Shown here in pieces: positions 1 through 11,274 of a DNA stretch of 64,000 bases. Each line of letters opens with the position of its first letter. The first letter of the stretch is position 1. The stretch comes from Planctomycetota bacterium (GTDB lineage Bacteria; Planctomycetota; B15-G4). The stretch is from assembly GCA_029259715.1 (NCBI GenBank), contig JAJDEP010000014.1:259551-323550 (forward strand), written 5' to 3'. Made by a program: the position numbers and the translations under genes. The notes below the pieces were generated by a model that was not told the DNA's origin, ran no database searches, and worked only from the letters and a program-made list of their open reading frames with translations.

Positions 1-849
1 CGGATCGTCCTGGGTGAGGTTGTCCCGGCGCGGCCACATCAGGTGCATCAGCCGCGCACCACCGGACGCCGCGATCGCCTCGGCCTGCTCGAGCCAGTGG
101 GCGTAGCGGGGCACCGGCAGCCGACGCACATCGCCTCGTTCGCGGGGCGGGCCCTCCCCGTCGTCGCGGCCGTCCTGCAATCGACTTGCCAGCCATTGGA
201 CGAAGCGGCTGTGCCGCAGCAGCTCGTCGAGCCCACCGGCGGGCTCGAGTCGCCCACGGTGCTCCTCATCGGTCCGCCCGTCCCACGAGCGCCCCTCGTT
301 GAAGCCCGTCGCGAAGACCACCACATCCGGTTCGAGCGCCATGCCGTCCCGTTCGAGCCAGCGCGCGGCCTGGTACGCGGTGTAGCCGGGGACGCCGGCG
401 TTGATGACCTCGACCCGCGGCCCGAGCAGCCGCTGCAACACCTGCGGATAGGCGTCGCGGCGGCGCACGCCGGAGCCGTAGGTGCACGAATCCCCGACGC
501 ACAGCACGCGCACGATGCCCTTACGCTTGGACGTGACGATCTCGTCGTCCCGCAGGCCGAGCGCGTTGGTGGCTGTGTCGACCCACAACGCGCTCTCCTG
601 AGCGGGATCGAGGGCGGGCGACGACGGTTCGAGGGCCCAGAACAGGTCCGCGTCGAAGCGCAGCAGCGCGTCGGCCGCCTCCGGCGCCAGGTCCACGCGG
701 ATGAAATCGCGGAATTGATCGCCGCGGCCGCCGGCGGCCGGCAATTCTCCCGGGGCCAGCAGCATCCGTGCGGTGAGCTCGAGCACCGCGGCCACGATCA
801 GCAGCGGAAGCATTGCCGCCAGCGTCTTGCGCAGGAGGGGAGACGCCAT
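1..849 (-). CDS. SGNH/GDSL hydrolase family protein with N-terminal membrane anchor (3' end runs off the window)
   Basis: Not in the ORF track; translated by hand from ATG at 849: MASPLLRKTLAAMLPLLIVAAVLELTARM...RVLCVGDSCTYG...VINAGVPGYT...VVFATGFNE (SGNH blocks I-III). Confidence 0.85.
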   Translation of the reverse strand, partial: MASPLLRKTLAAMLPLLIVAAVLELTARMLLAPGELPAAGGRGDQFRDFIRVDLAPEAADALLRFDADLFWALEPSSPALDPAQESALWVDTATNALGLRDDEIVTSKRKGIVRVLCVGDSCTYGSGVRRRDAYPQVLQRLLGPRVEVINAGVPGYTAYQAARWLERDGMALEPDVVVFATGFNEGRSWDGRTDEEHRGRLEPAGGLDELLRHSRFVQWLASRLQDGRDDGEGPPRERGDVRRLPVPRYAHWLEQAEAIAASGGARLMHLMWPRRDNLTQDDP

Positions 850-1036
850 GTCGGTGCCGATCATGCCGCCGCCCGACACCTCACCTCAAGCCCGCGAGGC
901 GGCCCGTCTTCACGCCGGGCTCCGATTCGGGGGGCGGCCATGTCACGCTGGCGGCCCGACCCACCCCCGGATCTCCCGATCAAGGCCGGCCCGTCCCGCG
1001 TCCGATGGGAATCCAACCCGAGGCCCCCACCCCCCA

Positions 1037-2185
1037 ATGCCACGCCGCCGCTACGACCTGAAGCACGCCGAGCTCGATGGGCAGATCGACGCCCTCGTCG
1101 CCCACGCCCAGGAGGTCTTCGGGCCGTCCCCGGCCGCCGACCAGGTGCGACAGATCGTCGTCACCGCCTTGCAGCTCGTGCGCGACGGCGCCAGCCCGGG
1201 CGACATCAAGCTGCTGACCAACGCGCTCAAGGAGATGCGTCACGCGGCCCGGGTGTTCGCCCCCTACGAACACATCCGCAAGGTGGCCGTCTTCGGCAGC
1301 GCCCGCACCGAGCCCGGCACGCCCGACTGGGAGGCCGCGCGGGAATTCGCCGAGCAGATCGTGCGAGCGGGCTGGATGGTCATCACCGGGGCCGGTGACG
1401 GCATCATGGGCGCGGCCCAGGGCGGCGCCGGACGCGAGCGCAGCTTCGGCGTGAACATCCGGCTGCCGTTCGAGCAGTCCGCCAACGCCACCATCAAGGG
1501 CGACGCCAAGCTGATCAACTTTCGCTACTTCTTCACGCGCAAGGTCAGCTTCGTCAAGGAGTCGCACGCGGTGGTGCTGTTCCCCGGCGGCTACGGCACC
1601 CACGACGAGGGCCTCGAGACCCTCACCCTCGTGCAGACCGGCAAGAGCGAGATCGTGCCCATCGTCTTCGTCGACGCACCCGGCGGCAGCTATTGGCGTG
1701 ACTGGGACACCTACATCCGCACCCACCTCGGCGACCGCGGCCTGATCAGCCTCAACGACCTCAACCTCTACACGGTCACCGACGACATCGAAGTCGCCAT
1801 CGCCGAGCTGACCGACTTCTACCGCAACTATCACTCCAGCCGGTACGTGCGCGACCGCTTGGTGCTGCGCGTGCACATCCCGCCGGACGCCGAGACCCTC
1901 GAACGCCTCAACGTCGAGTTCGCCGACATCCTCACCGGCGGCCGCATCGAGTGCGGGCCCGCCCTGCCCGAGGAATCGTCCAACCCTGACCTTGTGCGCG
2001 TGCTGCTCAATTTCAACCGGCGCGACCACGGGCGCCTGCGTCTGCTCATCGCGCGCCTCAACGCCCTCGCGCCGAGCGTGCCGGTCCACCCCGACGACGC
2101 CGCGCCCCACGAGATCCGGCCGGTGACCCTGTCCCCGGAGGCCGAGGAGGCGGAACGGGACGACGACCCCGCGCCGGGCTCCTAG
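1037..2185 (+). CDS. LOG family (TIGR00730) nucleotide 5'-monophosphate nucleosidase-like protein
   Basis: VAVFGSART, ITGAGDGIMGAA, FRYFFTRKVSFVK, PGGYGTHDE motifs; start trimmed to ATG 1037. Confidence 0.9.
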   Translation: MPRRRYDLKHAELDGQIDALVAHAQEVFGPSPAADQVRQIVVTALQLVRDGASPGDIKLLTNALKEMRHAARVFAPYEHIRKVAVFGSARTEPGTPDWEAAREFAEQIVRAGWMVITGAGDGIMGAAQGGAGRERSFGVNIRLPFEQSANATIKGDAKLINFRYFFTRKVSFVKESHAVVLFPGGYGTHDEGLETLTLVQTGKSEIVPIVFVDAPGGSYWRDWDTYIRTHLGDRGLISLNDLNLYTVTDDIEVAIAELTDFYRNYHSSRYVRDRLVLRVHIPPDAETLERLNVEFADILTGGRIECGPALPEESSNPDLVRVLLNFNRRDHGRLRLLIARLNALAPSVPVHPDDAAPHEIRPVTLSPEAEEAERDDDPAPGS

Positions 2186-3060
2186 TCGTCGGGATCCCTG
2201 CGGTCGAAGGCACCGGCGCGCAGGAAGTGCACCACCTGCCCGATGACCGCATGGCGCCGCATGATGAAGGTGTGGCTGTGGGGCATGACGAGGAAGTCGC
2301 GCATGCCGTCGACCTTGGCGCTCTCCACCGAGACCTTGCCGTCGTCGGGTCCGGGGATCAGTGACGAGTAGAGCGGGTTGAGACTGGTGTCACCGGTGAT
2401 GACGCCCACCTCGAAGTCCACCGGGCCGAGCTGTGCGGCCACGCCGTCGGGTCCGGTGCCCAGAGACGCTCCAGCCTCGCCGGTGGCCCAACGGAACACC
2501 GCCCACTCGCCCAACTCGTCGACCAGTTCGCTGCCCTGGTTCGGCGGCGCGAGCATCACCACCCGGCCGAGCCCCGGCGGCGCGCCCGCATCAAAGGCCG
2601 CCCGCACCAGCAGGCCGCCCATGGAGTGGGTCACGATGTGGATCGGGCCGGCTTCCCGGGCAAGGTGGGCCTCGATGCGCGCGCGCACCCGCGCGGCCAG
2701 GGCCTCGAACGTCGCGTCGGTGGACGGGTAGTCGACGTTCTCCACGCGGAAGCCGGCGGCGTGCAGTCCCTCGGCCAGCGGCGCCATGGAATGACTCGAC
2801 CGTCCCAGACCGTGCAGCAGCATGACGAGCGGCGGTTCCGACCCGACCGGAAGGGGGCTTGCAACGGGCCCGGCGACGGGTCCTGAAGGAATGGCGGGCG
2901 CGGCGACGTGCGCCGGCAGCGGATCGGCGGGAGCAGTGATGTGCGCCGGCAGCGGATCGTCGATGGAGACCGGCGCCAGCTCGGGCGTTGCCGAGCAGGC
3001 CGCCGGCAGCACGGCCACATAGGCCGCGATCAGGACGGGTGCGAACAGGCGGGCGGTCAT
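2182..3060 (-). CDS. Alpha/beta hydrolase (lipase/esterase), probable lipoprotein
   Basis: LLHGLGRS, VTHSMGG nucleophile elbow, APPNQGS, DDGKV, HSHTFIM; lipobox-like LPAAC. Confidence 0.85.
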   Translation of the reverse strand: MTARLFAPVLIAAYVAVLPAACSATPELAPVSIDDPLPAHITAPADPLPAHVAAPAIPSGPVAGPVASPLPVGSEPPLVMLLHGLGRSSHSMAPLAEGLHAAGFRVENVDYPSTDATFEALAARVRARIEAHLAREAGPIHIVTHSMGGLLVRAAFDAGAPPGLGRVVMLAPPNQGSELVDELGEWAVFRWATGEAGASLGTGPDGVAAQLGPVDFEVGVITGDTSLNPLYSSLIPGPDDGKVSVESAKVDGMRDFLVMPHSHTFIMRRHAVIGQVVHFLRAGAFDRRDPDD

Positions 3061-3116
3061 GAGCGGTCTCCGTCCGGTGCGGACACCGCCTTGTTGGGAT
3101 TCCCGCCCAGCTCGTG

Positions 3117-4970
3117 TCAGCGGTCGACCTTCATGGAGACGTGGAAGCGCTTGGGATCCTCGAGGATCCATTCCTGGCCCATGATCGTCTCGGCCGTGAG
3201 CAGGTCGGACACGCGCCGCTTCTCGGCCTTGCTCAGCGTCGCCGACTTGCCTCGGGTCAAGGCCCCGGGTCCGGCCTCGAACAGGGCCCGGGCCACGGCG
3301 TACCCCACGCGGCCCGCGTTCGACACGCCGTCCGAGGCGAGGCGGTGGAGCTGGTCCATCCACTGGCTGATGCGCGGCACCGGCTGGTCGCTCACGTAGA
3401 GCCACAGGCCCTCGTAGGGCACCGCGTCCTCCACGCTCGCGATCTCTGTGCAGATCAACCGGGTCTCACCCGCCTCGACGCGCATGGCCCACGGATCGTC
3501 GGGCACCACGCCGTCGTTGTCGCTGCGTCGATCGGCGTCGAGCAGCTGCACCTGCATGGGCAGCATCCAGGTGGGCGGGCTCAGCTCACCGAACACCGAC
3601 ATGGCGTAGACGTACTTGGGACCGTCGGTCTCGATGATGGCGCCGATGCGGTCGGCGAAGCGCACGCTGGCGACGTCCGGGTAGTAGGACACCTCCTCGG
3701 GCGCGCCGCTCTCGATGCCGGCCCGCACGCGGAACCAACGCACGTCGAGCGGCTCCTCCTCGAAGATCCAGTTGCCCGCCGTGAGGCCGGCGCCCAGGGC
3801 CAGCACCGCGGCGGCGACGATGCGACGACGGCGCAGGGCGTAGCGCCCGGAGCGCAGCAGGCGCACGAAGGCGCCGCCCTGGCTGGCGATCGGCGGCTGC
3901 TCGCGGCTGATGAAGCGGCTCAGGTCCTCGCGCAGCTCGCCGGCACTGGCGTAGCGCCGACGCGGGTCGAGCTCGATGGCCTTGAGGCAGATGGCCTCGA
4001 GGTCCCGCGGGATGCCCGGGTCGAAGGAGCGGGGCATACGGAAGCGTCCCCGCTGGATGGACGACAGCACCGCCTGGGCGTCATCACCGGGATAGGCCCG
4101 TTGCAGCGTGAGGAACTCGTAGAGCAGCAGGCCGAGCTGGTAGATGTCGCTGCGCGGGTCGTTGCCCGTGCGACCGGCGGCCACCTGCTCGGGAGCCATG
4201 TAGGCCACCGTGCCCACCAGTCCCTTGTAGGCGGACGCCACGTCGTTGTCTTCCGAACCGGCCAGACCGAAGTCGAGCACCACCGGTGAACCGTCGCCGC
4301 GCAACATGACGTTGCGGGGCTTGATGTCGCGGTGGATCACGCCCTCGGCGTGGGCCTCTTCGATGGTCCGGCTCACCTCGCGCATGATGCGCGCCACGGC
4401 TTCGTACCAGCTGCCCTTGCCGGCCAGCGAGCGCCGGCCCTGGGGCGCGGGTTCGCCGATGGCGTCGATGAGCACCGCGGCATTGCGCGGCGCCCGTCCG
4501 CCTTCAGCCCGCACGGTCCGGCGCGCGTGGGACAGCACGTCCTCCGTGGTCGCGCCCTTGACCAGGTCCATGACGAAGAAGGTCATGTCCTCGTGCTCAC
4601 CGATCTCGTGGATGGCCACGATGTTGGGGTGCTGCAGGCGGGCCAGCAGCACGGCCTCGCGCTCCAGGCTGGCCTTCTTCTCGCTCGCCTTGCGACCGGG
4701 CAGATCCAGCACCTTCACGGCCACCGCGCGTTCGAGCTTCAGGTCGCGGCCCACGAAGACCGAACCCATGCCGCCGCGGCCCAACAAGCGGTCGACCTGG
4801 TAGCGGCCGAGCAGGATCGTGCCGGGCTCGATGGACGGGCCCGCGTCGGCGGCGACGCCGGTCCCCGAGGAGTCACCCTCAAGGCTGGGACCCGTGCTCG
4901 TGCGCCCATCCCGAATGGGGCTGCCCGCATCGGGCAGGGGTGTCGTGGCGAGGGGGTCGTGGTCTTTCAT
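3117..4970 (-). CDS. Membrane Ser/Thr protein kinase with extracytoplasmic C-terminal domain
   Basis: LGRGGMGSV, VAVK, HRDIKPRN, DFG, YMAPE; TM segment IVAAAVLALGAGLTAG. Confidence 0.9.
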   Translation of the reverse strand: MKDHDPLATTPLPDAGSPIRDGRTSTGPSLEGDSSGTGVAADAGPSIEPGTILLGRYQVDRLLGRGGMGSVFVGRDLKLERAVAVKVLDLPGRKASEKKASLEREAVLLARLQHPNIVAIHEIGEHEDMTFFVMDLVKGATTEDVLSHARRTVRAEGGRAPRNAAVLIDAIGEPAPQGRRSLAGKGSWYEAVARIMREVSRTIEEAHAEGVIHRDIKPRNVMLRGDGSPVVLDFGLAGSEDNDVASAYKGLVGTVAYMAPEQVAAGRTGNDPRSDIYQLGLLLYEFLTLQRAYPGDDAQAVLSSIQRGRFRMPRSFDPGIPRDLEAICLKAIELDPRRRYASAGELREDLSRFISREQPPIASQGGAFVRLLRSGRYALRRRRIVAAAVLALGAGLTAGNWIFEEEPLDVRWFRVRAGIESGAPEEVSYYPDVASVRFADRIGAIIETDGPKYVYAMSVFGELSPPTWMLPMQVQLLDADRRSDNDGVVPDDPWAMRVEAGETRLICTEIASVEDAVPYEGLWLYVSDQPVPRISQWMDQLHRLASDGVSNAGRVGYAVARALFEAGPGALTRGKSATLSKAEKRRVSDLLTAETIMGQEWILEDPKRFHVSMKVDR

Positions 4971-5132
4971 GGTCGAGCACGCTCGATCGTCAGGGGCACG
5001 GACAGGCATGCATTCTAGAGGGGCTCGCGGCCCCGATCCGAAGCCGTCCCGACGAGAAATGCCCCCGAGGGCCCTGGAACGACCGTTCGGGACGCCTGCA
5101 CCGCCCCCAGGCCCCAAACCACTCCGGGCGGG

Positions 5133-6461
5133 CTACTCCTCGCGCAGGGCGGTCACCGGGTCGAGGCGCGCCGCCCGGTTCGCCGCCGGGATGCCCGCCA
5201 CCGTCGCGGCCGTCACCAGCACCACGCCGGCCAGCAGCAGCTGATTCACGTTCGACGCCGGCACCAGGCGCGCGGCCTCGCTGAACTCCAGCGGCCCCAG
5301 GAACGCGATGGCCGTCGACCCGATGCCGGCCCCCACCAGGCCACCCAGCACGCACAACAACAGCGTCTCGGCCAGCACCTCGGCCCGCACCCGCGCCGAC
5401 GTCGCGCCCATGGCCTTGCGCAACCCGAGCTCGGACGTGCGTTCGGCCACGGCGATGCCCACCACATTGGCGGCCCCGAGACAACCGAGCACCAGCGTCA
5501 ACGCGGCGATGGTGAAGATGAGCACTTCGAGGCCCAGGCTCACCGCCTCCACCTTGTCGACGAAGTCGGTGTTCTCCTTCACGTCGAGGGCGTTCGGGTC
5601 ATTGCCGTCGAACGAGTAGATCGTGCCGAGGGCCGAGCGGATCTCGGCGATGGCGTCCTTGGCCAGGTCGGGCCGGCGCGGCGCGAAGGCCAGGTGGCTC
5701 ACGTAGCGACCGCCCGTATCGCCCATCTCCATGGCCGTCGGGTAGGGCACGAGCAGGGAATAGGCAAAGTCGGCGTTGCTCTCGAAGGTCCCGATGATCT
5801 CGAAGCGGCGCTGGCTGAAGTCGATGCGCTCGCCCACGGGATAACGCCCCTCGAACAAGCCGTCGGCCAGGGGCTTGCTGACCAGCGCCAGCTCCTCGGC
5901 CTGTTGCTCCTCCTCGGCGGTGAACCAGCGACCCTCGACGATGGTCAGGTCGGTGACGTCCTTGTAGGAGAAGCCGACGCCGGTGAGGCGCGCCCAGGGC
6001 CAGCTCTTGTCGGTGGTGAAGGCCGGCCCGCCGCGTCCCGGTCGATAGGCCGGCGAGATGGCGCCCACCGACGGGCTGGCCGCGCGGATCGTATCGATGT
6101 CGCTGTAGCGGATGCGCACCTGGCGACCGCTGCGCGACCCGCCGCTCCGGCCCCACGAGCGGCGTGGCTCGACGATGAACTCCTTGCTGCCCATCGACCG
6201 CAACACATCGGCGGTGGTGTCGGGCATGCCGGTCGAGTAGGCCAGCAGGATCTGCAGCACGGCGGCGCCGAAGGTCACGCTCAGGCCGGTGAGCGCCGAA
6301 CGCAATGGGTGAGAGGCGAGGCTCCCGAGGGCCTGACCCAGGATGGCCGGCAGTGCCGACAGCCCCCGCGGCTGCGGCGGACGCACGAGCAAACGGTCGA
6401 GCTGTCGGGACGGACCCGCGCCCCGGGTCGACTCGTCGTGGTCGGGCGTCGAGCGCGTCAC
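5133..6461 (-). CDS. ABC transporter permease (MacB/FtsX family)
   Basis: RSALTGLSV, VAERTSELGLRKAMGA, RAARLDPVTALREE; GTG start overlaps upstream TGA. Confidence 0.85.
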   Translation of the reverse strand: MTRSTPDHDESTRGAGPSRQLDRLLVRPPQPRGLSALPAILGQALGSLASHPLRSALTGLSVTFGAAVLQILLAYSTGMPDTTADVLRSMGSKEFIVEPRRSWGRSGGSRSGRQVRIRYSDIDTIRAASPSVGAISPAYRPGRGGPAFTTDKSWPWARLTGVGFSYKDVTDLTIVEGRWFTAEEEQQAEELALVSKPLADGLFEGRYPVGERIDFSQRRFEIIGTFESNADFAYSLLVPYPTAMEMGDTGGRYVSHLAFAPRRPDLAKDAIAEIRSALGTIYSFDGNDPNALDVKENTDFVDKVEAVSLGLEVLIFTIAALTLVLGCLGAANVVGIAVAERTSELGLRKAMGATSARVRAEVLAETLLLCVLGGLVGAGIGSTAIAFLGPLEFSEAARLVPASNVNQLLLAGVVLVTAATVAGIPAANRAARLDPVTALREE

Positions 6462-7732
6462 AGTGATCCTCCGTGCAAGGCGCGCACGACGGACACCCGC
6501 GACGCCCGGGTCGCGGGCCAGGCGGCGGCCGCGAGGCTCACGGCCAGCAACAGCGCCAACGGCAGGGTGGCGGCCCCCAGTTCGGCCTGCGGCGCCGCGA
6601 AGCCCTCGGGCATCTCGACCACGCGCATGAGCCGGATGACCGTCATCCCGAGCCCGAACCCCAGGGCGCCCGAGAGCATGCAGACGAGCCCCGCCTCGAG
6701 GAACACCTGAGCGAAGATCCAGCGTCGCTTGCAACCGAGGGCACGCCGCAGGCCGAACTCGTACGTGCGCGCGGCCACCGACATGAGCACCACGTTGGCC
6801 ACGCCCACGGCGCCGAGCAGCAGGATCAGCACGCCCACCGCCGCCAGGAAGAATTGCAGGCCGCCGAACACCGCGTCGATCTGCTGTCCCCGCTCGATGG
6901 CGTCGAAGTAGGGGATCAGCGTGTTCGCGTTCTCGGGGTCGAAGCCGAGCCGGCGGCCGAGCACCTGACGCAGCTCGGCCAACGACTGCTCGCGCAGGTC
7001 CGGGTGCTTCGGTCGCATCACGAAGAACTGGAAGCCCCGCGGTGACATGCGCTCCCACGTCGTGAAGGGCAGGAAGATCACGTGGCGGTGGCTGGTGTAG
7101 ATCTCGTCGCTGGCCAGCTCCTCGTCCTTGATGGCGCCGATGACCTTGACCCGCCTCACCACCGAGTCCTCGCCTTCGCCCCGGGAGAAGATCAGGTTGA
7201 CCTCTTCCCCGAGGTAGTCCTCGTCGTGGAACAGCTCGTCGCGGGCGCGGTAGCCGAGCACGGCCACCGGCAATTCCTGCTCGATGTCGTTGCTGTCGAT
7301 CCAGCGGCTGCCCTCTTCAAGCGGCACGTGGACGATGTCGGCGTATTCCGGCTCGACCCCCACCGCCGAGATGCGCGTGATGTCACCCCCGCGGAAGGCC
7401 TGGATGAACCAGTTGTTGGCCTTGGGCGAGAGGGCCTCCACCGAGGGCGAACCCTTGCGCGCCGCCTCCATGTCCTCGCCCTCGAGCAGGACGAAGGCGC
7501 CGCTGCGGACGTCCCCCCTCGAAGACGTGGCGCGGTTGATGCGCAGCAGCATGAACGAGTCGCCGAGGGCATCGAGCTGCGCCCGTTGGGTGCCCTCGAA
7601 GCCACGCGCCACGGCCACCAGCACGAACACGGCGGCCACGCCCCAGACGATGCCGGCCGCCATGGGCGCTACCCGCCGCGCTTCCCTCACGATGGAGGAG
7701 AACGATTCGGCGAGGAGGCGCAGGGGGTTCAA
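6458..7732 (-). CDS. ABC transporter permease (MacB/FtsX family)
   Basis: GVANVVLMSVAARTYEFGLRRALG, WPATRASRVSVVRAL. Confidence 0.88.
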   Translation of the reverse strand: MNPLRLLAESFSSIVREARRVAPMAAGIVWGVAAVFVLVAVARGFEGTQRAQLDALGDSFMLLRINRATSSRGDVRSGAFVLLEGEDMEAARKGSPSVEALSPKANNWFIQAFRGGDITRISAVGVEPEYADIVHVPLEEGSRWIDSNDIEQELPVAVLGYRARDELFHDEDYLGEEVNLIFSRGEGEDSVVRRVKVIGAIKDEELASDEIYTSHRHVIFLPFTTWERMSPRGFQFFVMRPKHPDLREQSLAELRQVLGRRLGFDPENANTLIPYFDAIERGQQIDAVFGGLQFFLAAVGVLILLLGAVGVANVVLMSVAARTYEFGLRRALGCKRRWIFAQVFLEAGLVCMLSGALGFGLGMTVIRLMRVVEMPEGFAAPQAELGAATLPLALLLAVSLAAAAWPATRASRVSVVRALHGGSL

Positions 7733-7746
7733 GGGCGGCCGCCGGC

Positions 7747-9035
7747 CTAGCGCCGGAACCCTCCGCCGGGCGTCGCCTGCAACATCAACCGGTCACCCTC
7801 TTCGAGACCGGAGACGATCTCGGTGGTCAAGCCGTCGCTGAGACCGATCTCCACTTCGACCACCACGACCGTGGCTTCGGCGCCCGAGCCCACGACCTTG
7901 CTCACGGTCCAGCGCCCGCCCGGCTCACGGCGTAGCGTGCGGTGCGGGACGGCGAGCACGTCCGTCCGGCGGCCGAGCACCAGCCGGGCGTCGGCCGTCA
8001 TGTCGGGCTTGAGCAGCCCCTCGGGGTCTTCGACGGTGACGCGCACCTCGAAGGTGACGATGCCGTTGCCGTCCACCGAGCCGGCCGGGGCGATGCGGTC
8101 GACGCGCCCCTCGAGGGTCTTGCCCCGGTGGGCGTCGACGGTCACGAGGGCCGGCATGTCGACGCGGATGCGGCCGAGGTCGACCTCGTCCACCCGGGCC
8201 TCGATGAACATCTCGGACAGGTCGCCCAGGGTCATGATCTCGGTGGCGTTGCCGCCCGCGGTGAGGATCGACGAGACGCCGTCCCCCACTTCCTTGCTGC
8301 GCACGAGCACGATCCCGTCGATGGGACACCGGATGGTCGCCTCGCGCAGCGTCGTCTGACTGCGATCGAGGGCGGCCTGCGCCGAGGCCAGGTTGGCCTG
8401 GGCCTCCTTCACGGAGGCTTCCAGGGTGGGCACTGACGCCCTCACCTGGTCGATGCGGAACGTGACCATGCGCACGGCGAGCTCGGCATCGTCCCGCGCG
8501 ACGCGACTCACGTCGCCGGTCTCGAACAGCTCTTCGTGGCGCGCGAGCTCGCGCTGCTTGAAGGCCAGCTCGGGGTCCTCGATCTTCGCGACCGCTTCGA
8601 CCAGCCGGGCCTGCGCCGCCGCGACCCGGGCCTCCGCCGACGCGAGGTCGGCCTGGTCCTGGGCCAGGTTCGCCTCGAGCTGCTCGCGATCGAGCTCGGC
8701 CAGCACCTGGCCCTGCCGTACCGCGTCGCCCTCCTCGACCAGCAGCTCCTTGAGGATGCCGCTGGCGCGGCTCATCACCGCCACCCGCGCGAGGGGTTCC
8801 ACGCGACCGCTGGCGGTGACGGCGTCGATGATCTCGGTGCGCTCGACCTGCACGACCTTGTCGATGTCGACGGCGACGGCCTCCTCCTCGCCGGTGGCCC
8901 ACCACACGCCGGCCACGCCCGCCAGGATCACGACGGCGCCGACCATGACCGAGGCCGACGTGCCCCCGAGAAGACGGCGGGCGTCGCGCGCTGCCGTGCG
9001 GGCCGATCGGTGCGGCGCCTGGGAAATCTTGACCA

Positions 9036-9039
<4 letters not shown>
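7747..9039 (-). CDS. Periplasmic adaptor subunit (MacA-like membrane fusion protein)
   Basis: N-terminal TM, VEEGDAVRQGQVLAELD lipoyl-like half, coiled-coil hairpin, IRCPIDGIV, LKPDMTA, GLEEGDRL. Confidence 0.9.
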
Positions 9040-9806
<767 letters not shown>

Positions 9807-9877
9807 GGAAAGCCTGCGGGTTGGTGGGCACGGGGGGCCACGAGGGCTTCGTCGATAGCCCGTGCGAACCAGACATT

Positions 9878-10915
9878 CTACCGGGGGACGGCCACCCCGC
9901 GCGCCTGTCCCGAATCGAGCGCCGAACCCCGCCCTGCCGACGCCGTCCACACCCCGGCCCCGGGGTGAAAAGCGTGCCAGGCGAACCAGTAGGCCGTGAC
10001 GCCCGGGAGGCGCTCCCCGTCGGCGGTGGTCACCTCGGCGCTGTGAGCCTCGACGTCGTAGATGATCACTACCGAGCGGCCGCCGAGGTCGTCGGGCAGC
10101 GCCAGCCGCTCCACGTCCAGGGACGCAGCCTCCCGCTCGAGCTCGTCGAGGGGCCAGGCCTTGGCCACCGACCCGATCACCAACCCCAAGACCTTCGACT
10201 TGGGCGGCCGCGAGGCGTCGTCGTGGGACACCGGATACCACAGCGCCTCGCTCTCTGCGTAACCCGGATAGAGCGGTCTTGAATAAGCCAGACCGGTGTT
10301 CGTCGGCGCCGACAGGAGAATGGTCTCGGGGTGGCGTGTGCGCCAGTCGGCCCAACTCGTCTCCACCAGCGGCAGGCGCGTCAGCGTGGCGCCGTTGAGC
10401 GGACCGGTCACCGCTTGGGCCTGCAGTTGCGACCAGAGCGACTCGGTGCCGCGGTCGAACATGAGCAGGTCGGAGTTGTGCAGCAGCCCCGAGACGCCGA
10501 AGACCAGGCGCCGGCCGTCGTACTCGGCCACGAAGGCCAGGCCCGAGGCGCACAGCGGACAATACGTGACGGCCACCGGCCGGCCGTCGAAGCGATCGTT
10601 CACAATCTCGTGATAGGTGAGCACGTCGATGCCATAGGCCTTGGCCACGCCCCCATGGACGAGGCCCAGCACACGCGCCGAGCCGCGCAGGTCGGCCTCC
10701 TCCGCGCTCACGAACGTCGGCGCGTCGAGGGCCTTGATCCCGTCGCGGCGCGTACCGACGAGGATCGTGCTCGGGGGCACCGCCGCCCCCGTGAGATCGA
10801 AGCCGTTGACCAGGGCCGGTTCGTCGTCCGGACCGCAGGCGGACGTCAGCACGAGCAGGCCGCCGAGGATGAGCGTCCCGATCATCGCGGGGATCCAGCG
10901 GCTTTCGGTCTCCAT
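9878..10915 (-). CDS. DUF3179 domain lipoprotein (Cys form, CPLC)
   Basis: HEIVND, VTYCPLCASG, FGVSGLLHNSDLLMFDRGTESLWSQ, YWFAWHAFHP; lipobox LTSAC. Confidence 0.85.
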   Translation of the reverse strand: METESRWIPAMIGTLILGGLLVLTSACGPDDEPALVNGFDLTGAAVPPSTILVGTRRDGIKALDAPTFVSAEEADLRGSARVLGLVHGGVAKAYGIDVLTYHEIVNDRFDGRPVAVTYCPLCASGLAFVAEYDGRRLVFGVSGLLHNSDLLMFDRGTESLWSQLQAQAVTGPLNGATLTRLPLVETSWADWRTRHPETILLSAPTNTGLAYSRPLYPGYAESEALWYPVSHDDASRPPKSKVLGLVIGSVAKAWPLDELEREAASLDVERLALPDDLGGRSVVIIYDVEAHSAEVTTADGERLPGVTAYWFAWHAFHPGAGVWTASAGRGSALDSGQARGVAVPR

Positions 10916-10953
10916 GCGCTCACCATGCCCCGACACTTGCCGGGCGGCCCCGC

Positions 10954-11157
10954 CTATTGCTCCGAGGGCCCCCCACGTCCGCCGTCGCCGCCGCGCCGCT
11001 GGTATGCGCGCCACCCGACCCCGATGCAGACGGCCCCGATCGCCATGCAGCCCAGCCCGATCCACGCATCGGCGAAGAAGACCATGCCGATCCCGCCCAG
11101 CACGATGGTGCCGCCGATGTGCTCCCAGGGCGATCGGGCGTTGAGGTCGCCGGCCAT
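10954..11157 (-). CDS. Small two-helix membrane protein
   Basis: 67 aa, two hydrophobic stretches, GGAGG SD 5 nt before ATG. Confidence 0.6.
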   Translation of the reverse strand: MAGDLNARSPWEHIGGTIVLGGIGMVFFADAWIGLGCMAIGAVCIGVGWRAYQRRGGDGGRGGPSEQ

Positions 11158-11241
11158 CCAGTCCTCCCGCCCGCATTGTGGCTCGGGCACGGTGCGATTC
11201 CCAGGCGGGACGCCGAGCCGGGGTGACCCTAGAATGCCCGC

Positions 11242-11274
11242 ATGACCCGACCGCCCGGGACCGACCGACGATGA
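11242..11274 (+). CDS. Putative leaderless uORF (MTRPPGTDRR) coupled to the next gene
   Basis: TAGAAT at 11230-11235, 6 nt, ATG 11242; its TGA (11272-11274) overlaps the next ATG (11271). Confidence 0.4.
   Translation: MTRPPGTDRR

Noticed and set aside
9878-10915. Second selenoprotein (DUF3179 family)
   Set aside because: The motif is CPLC with ordinary Cys codons and there is no in-frame TGA
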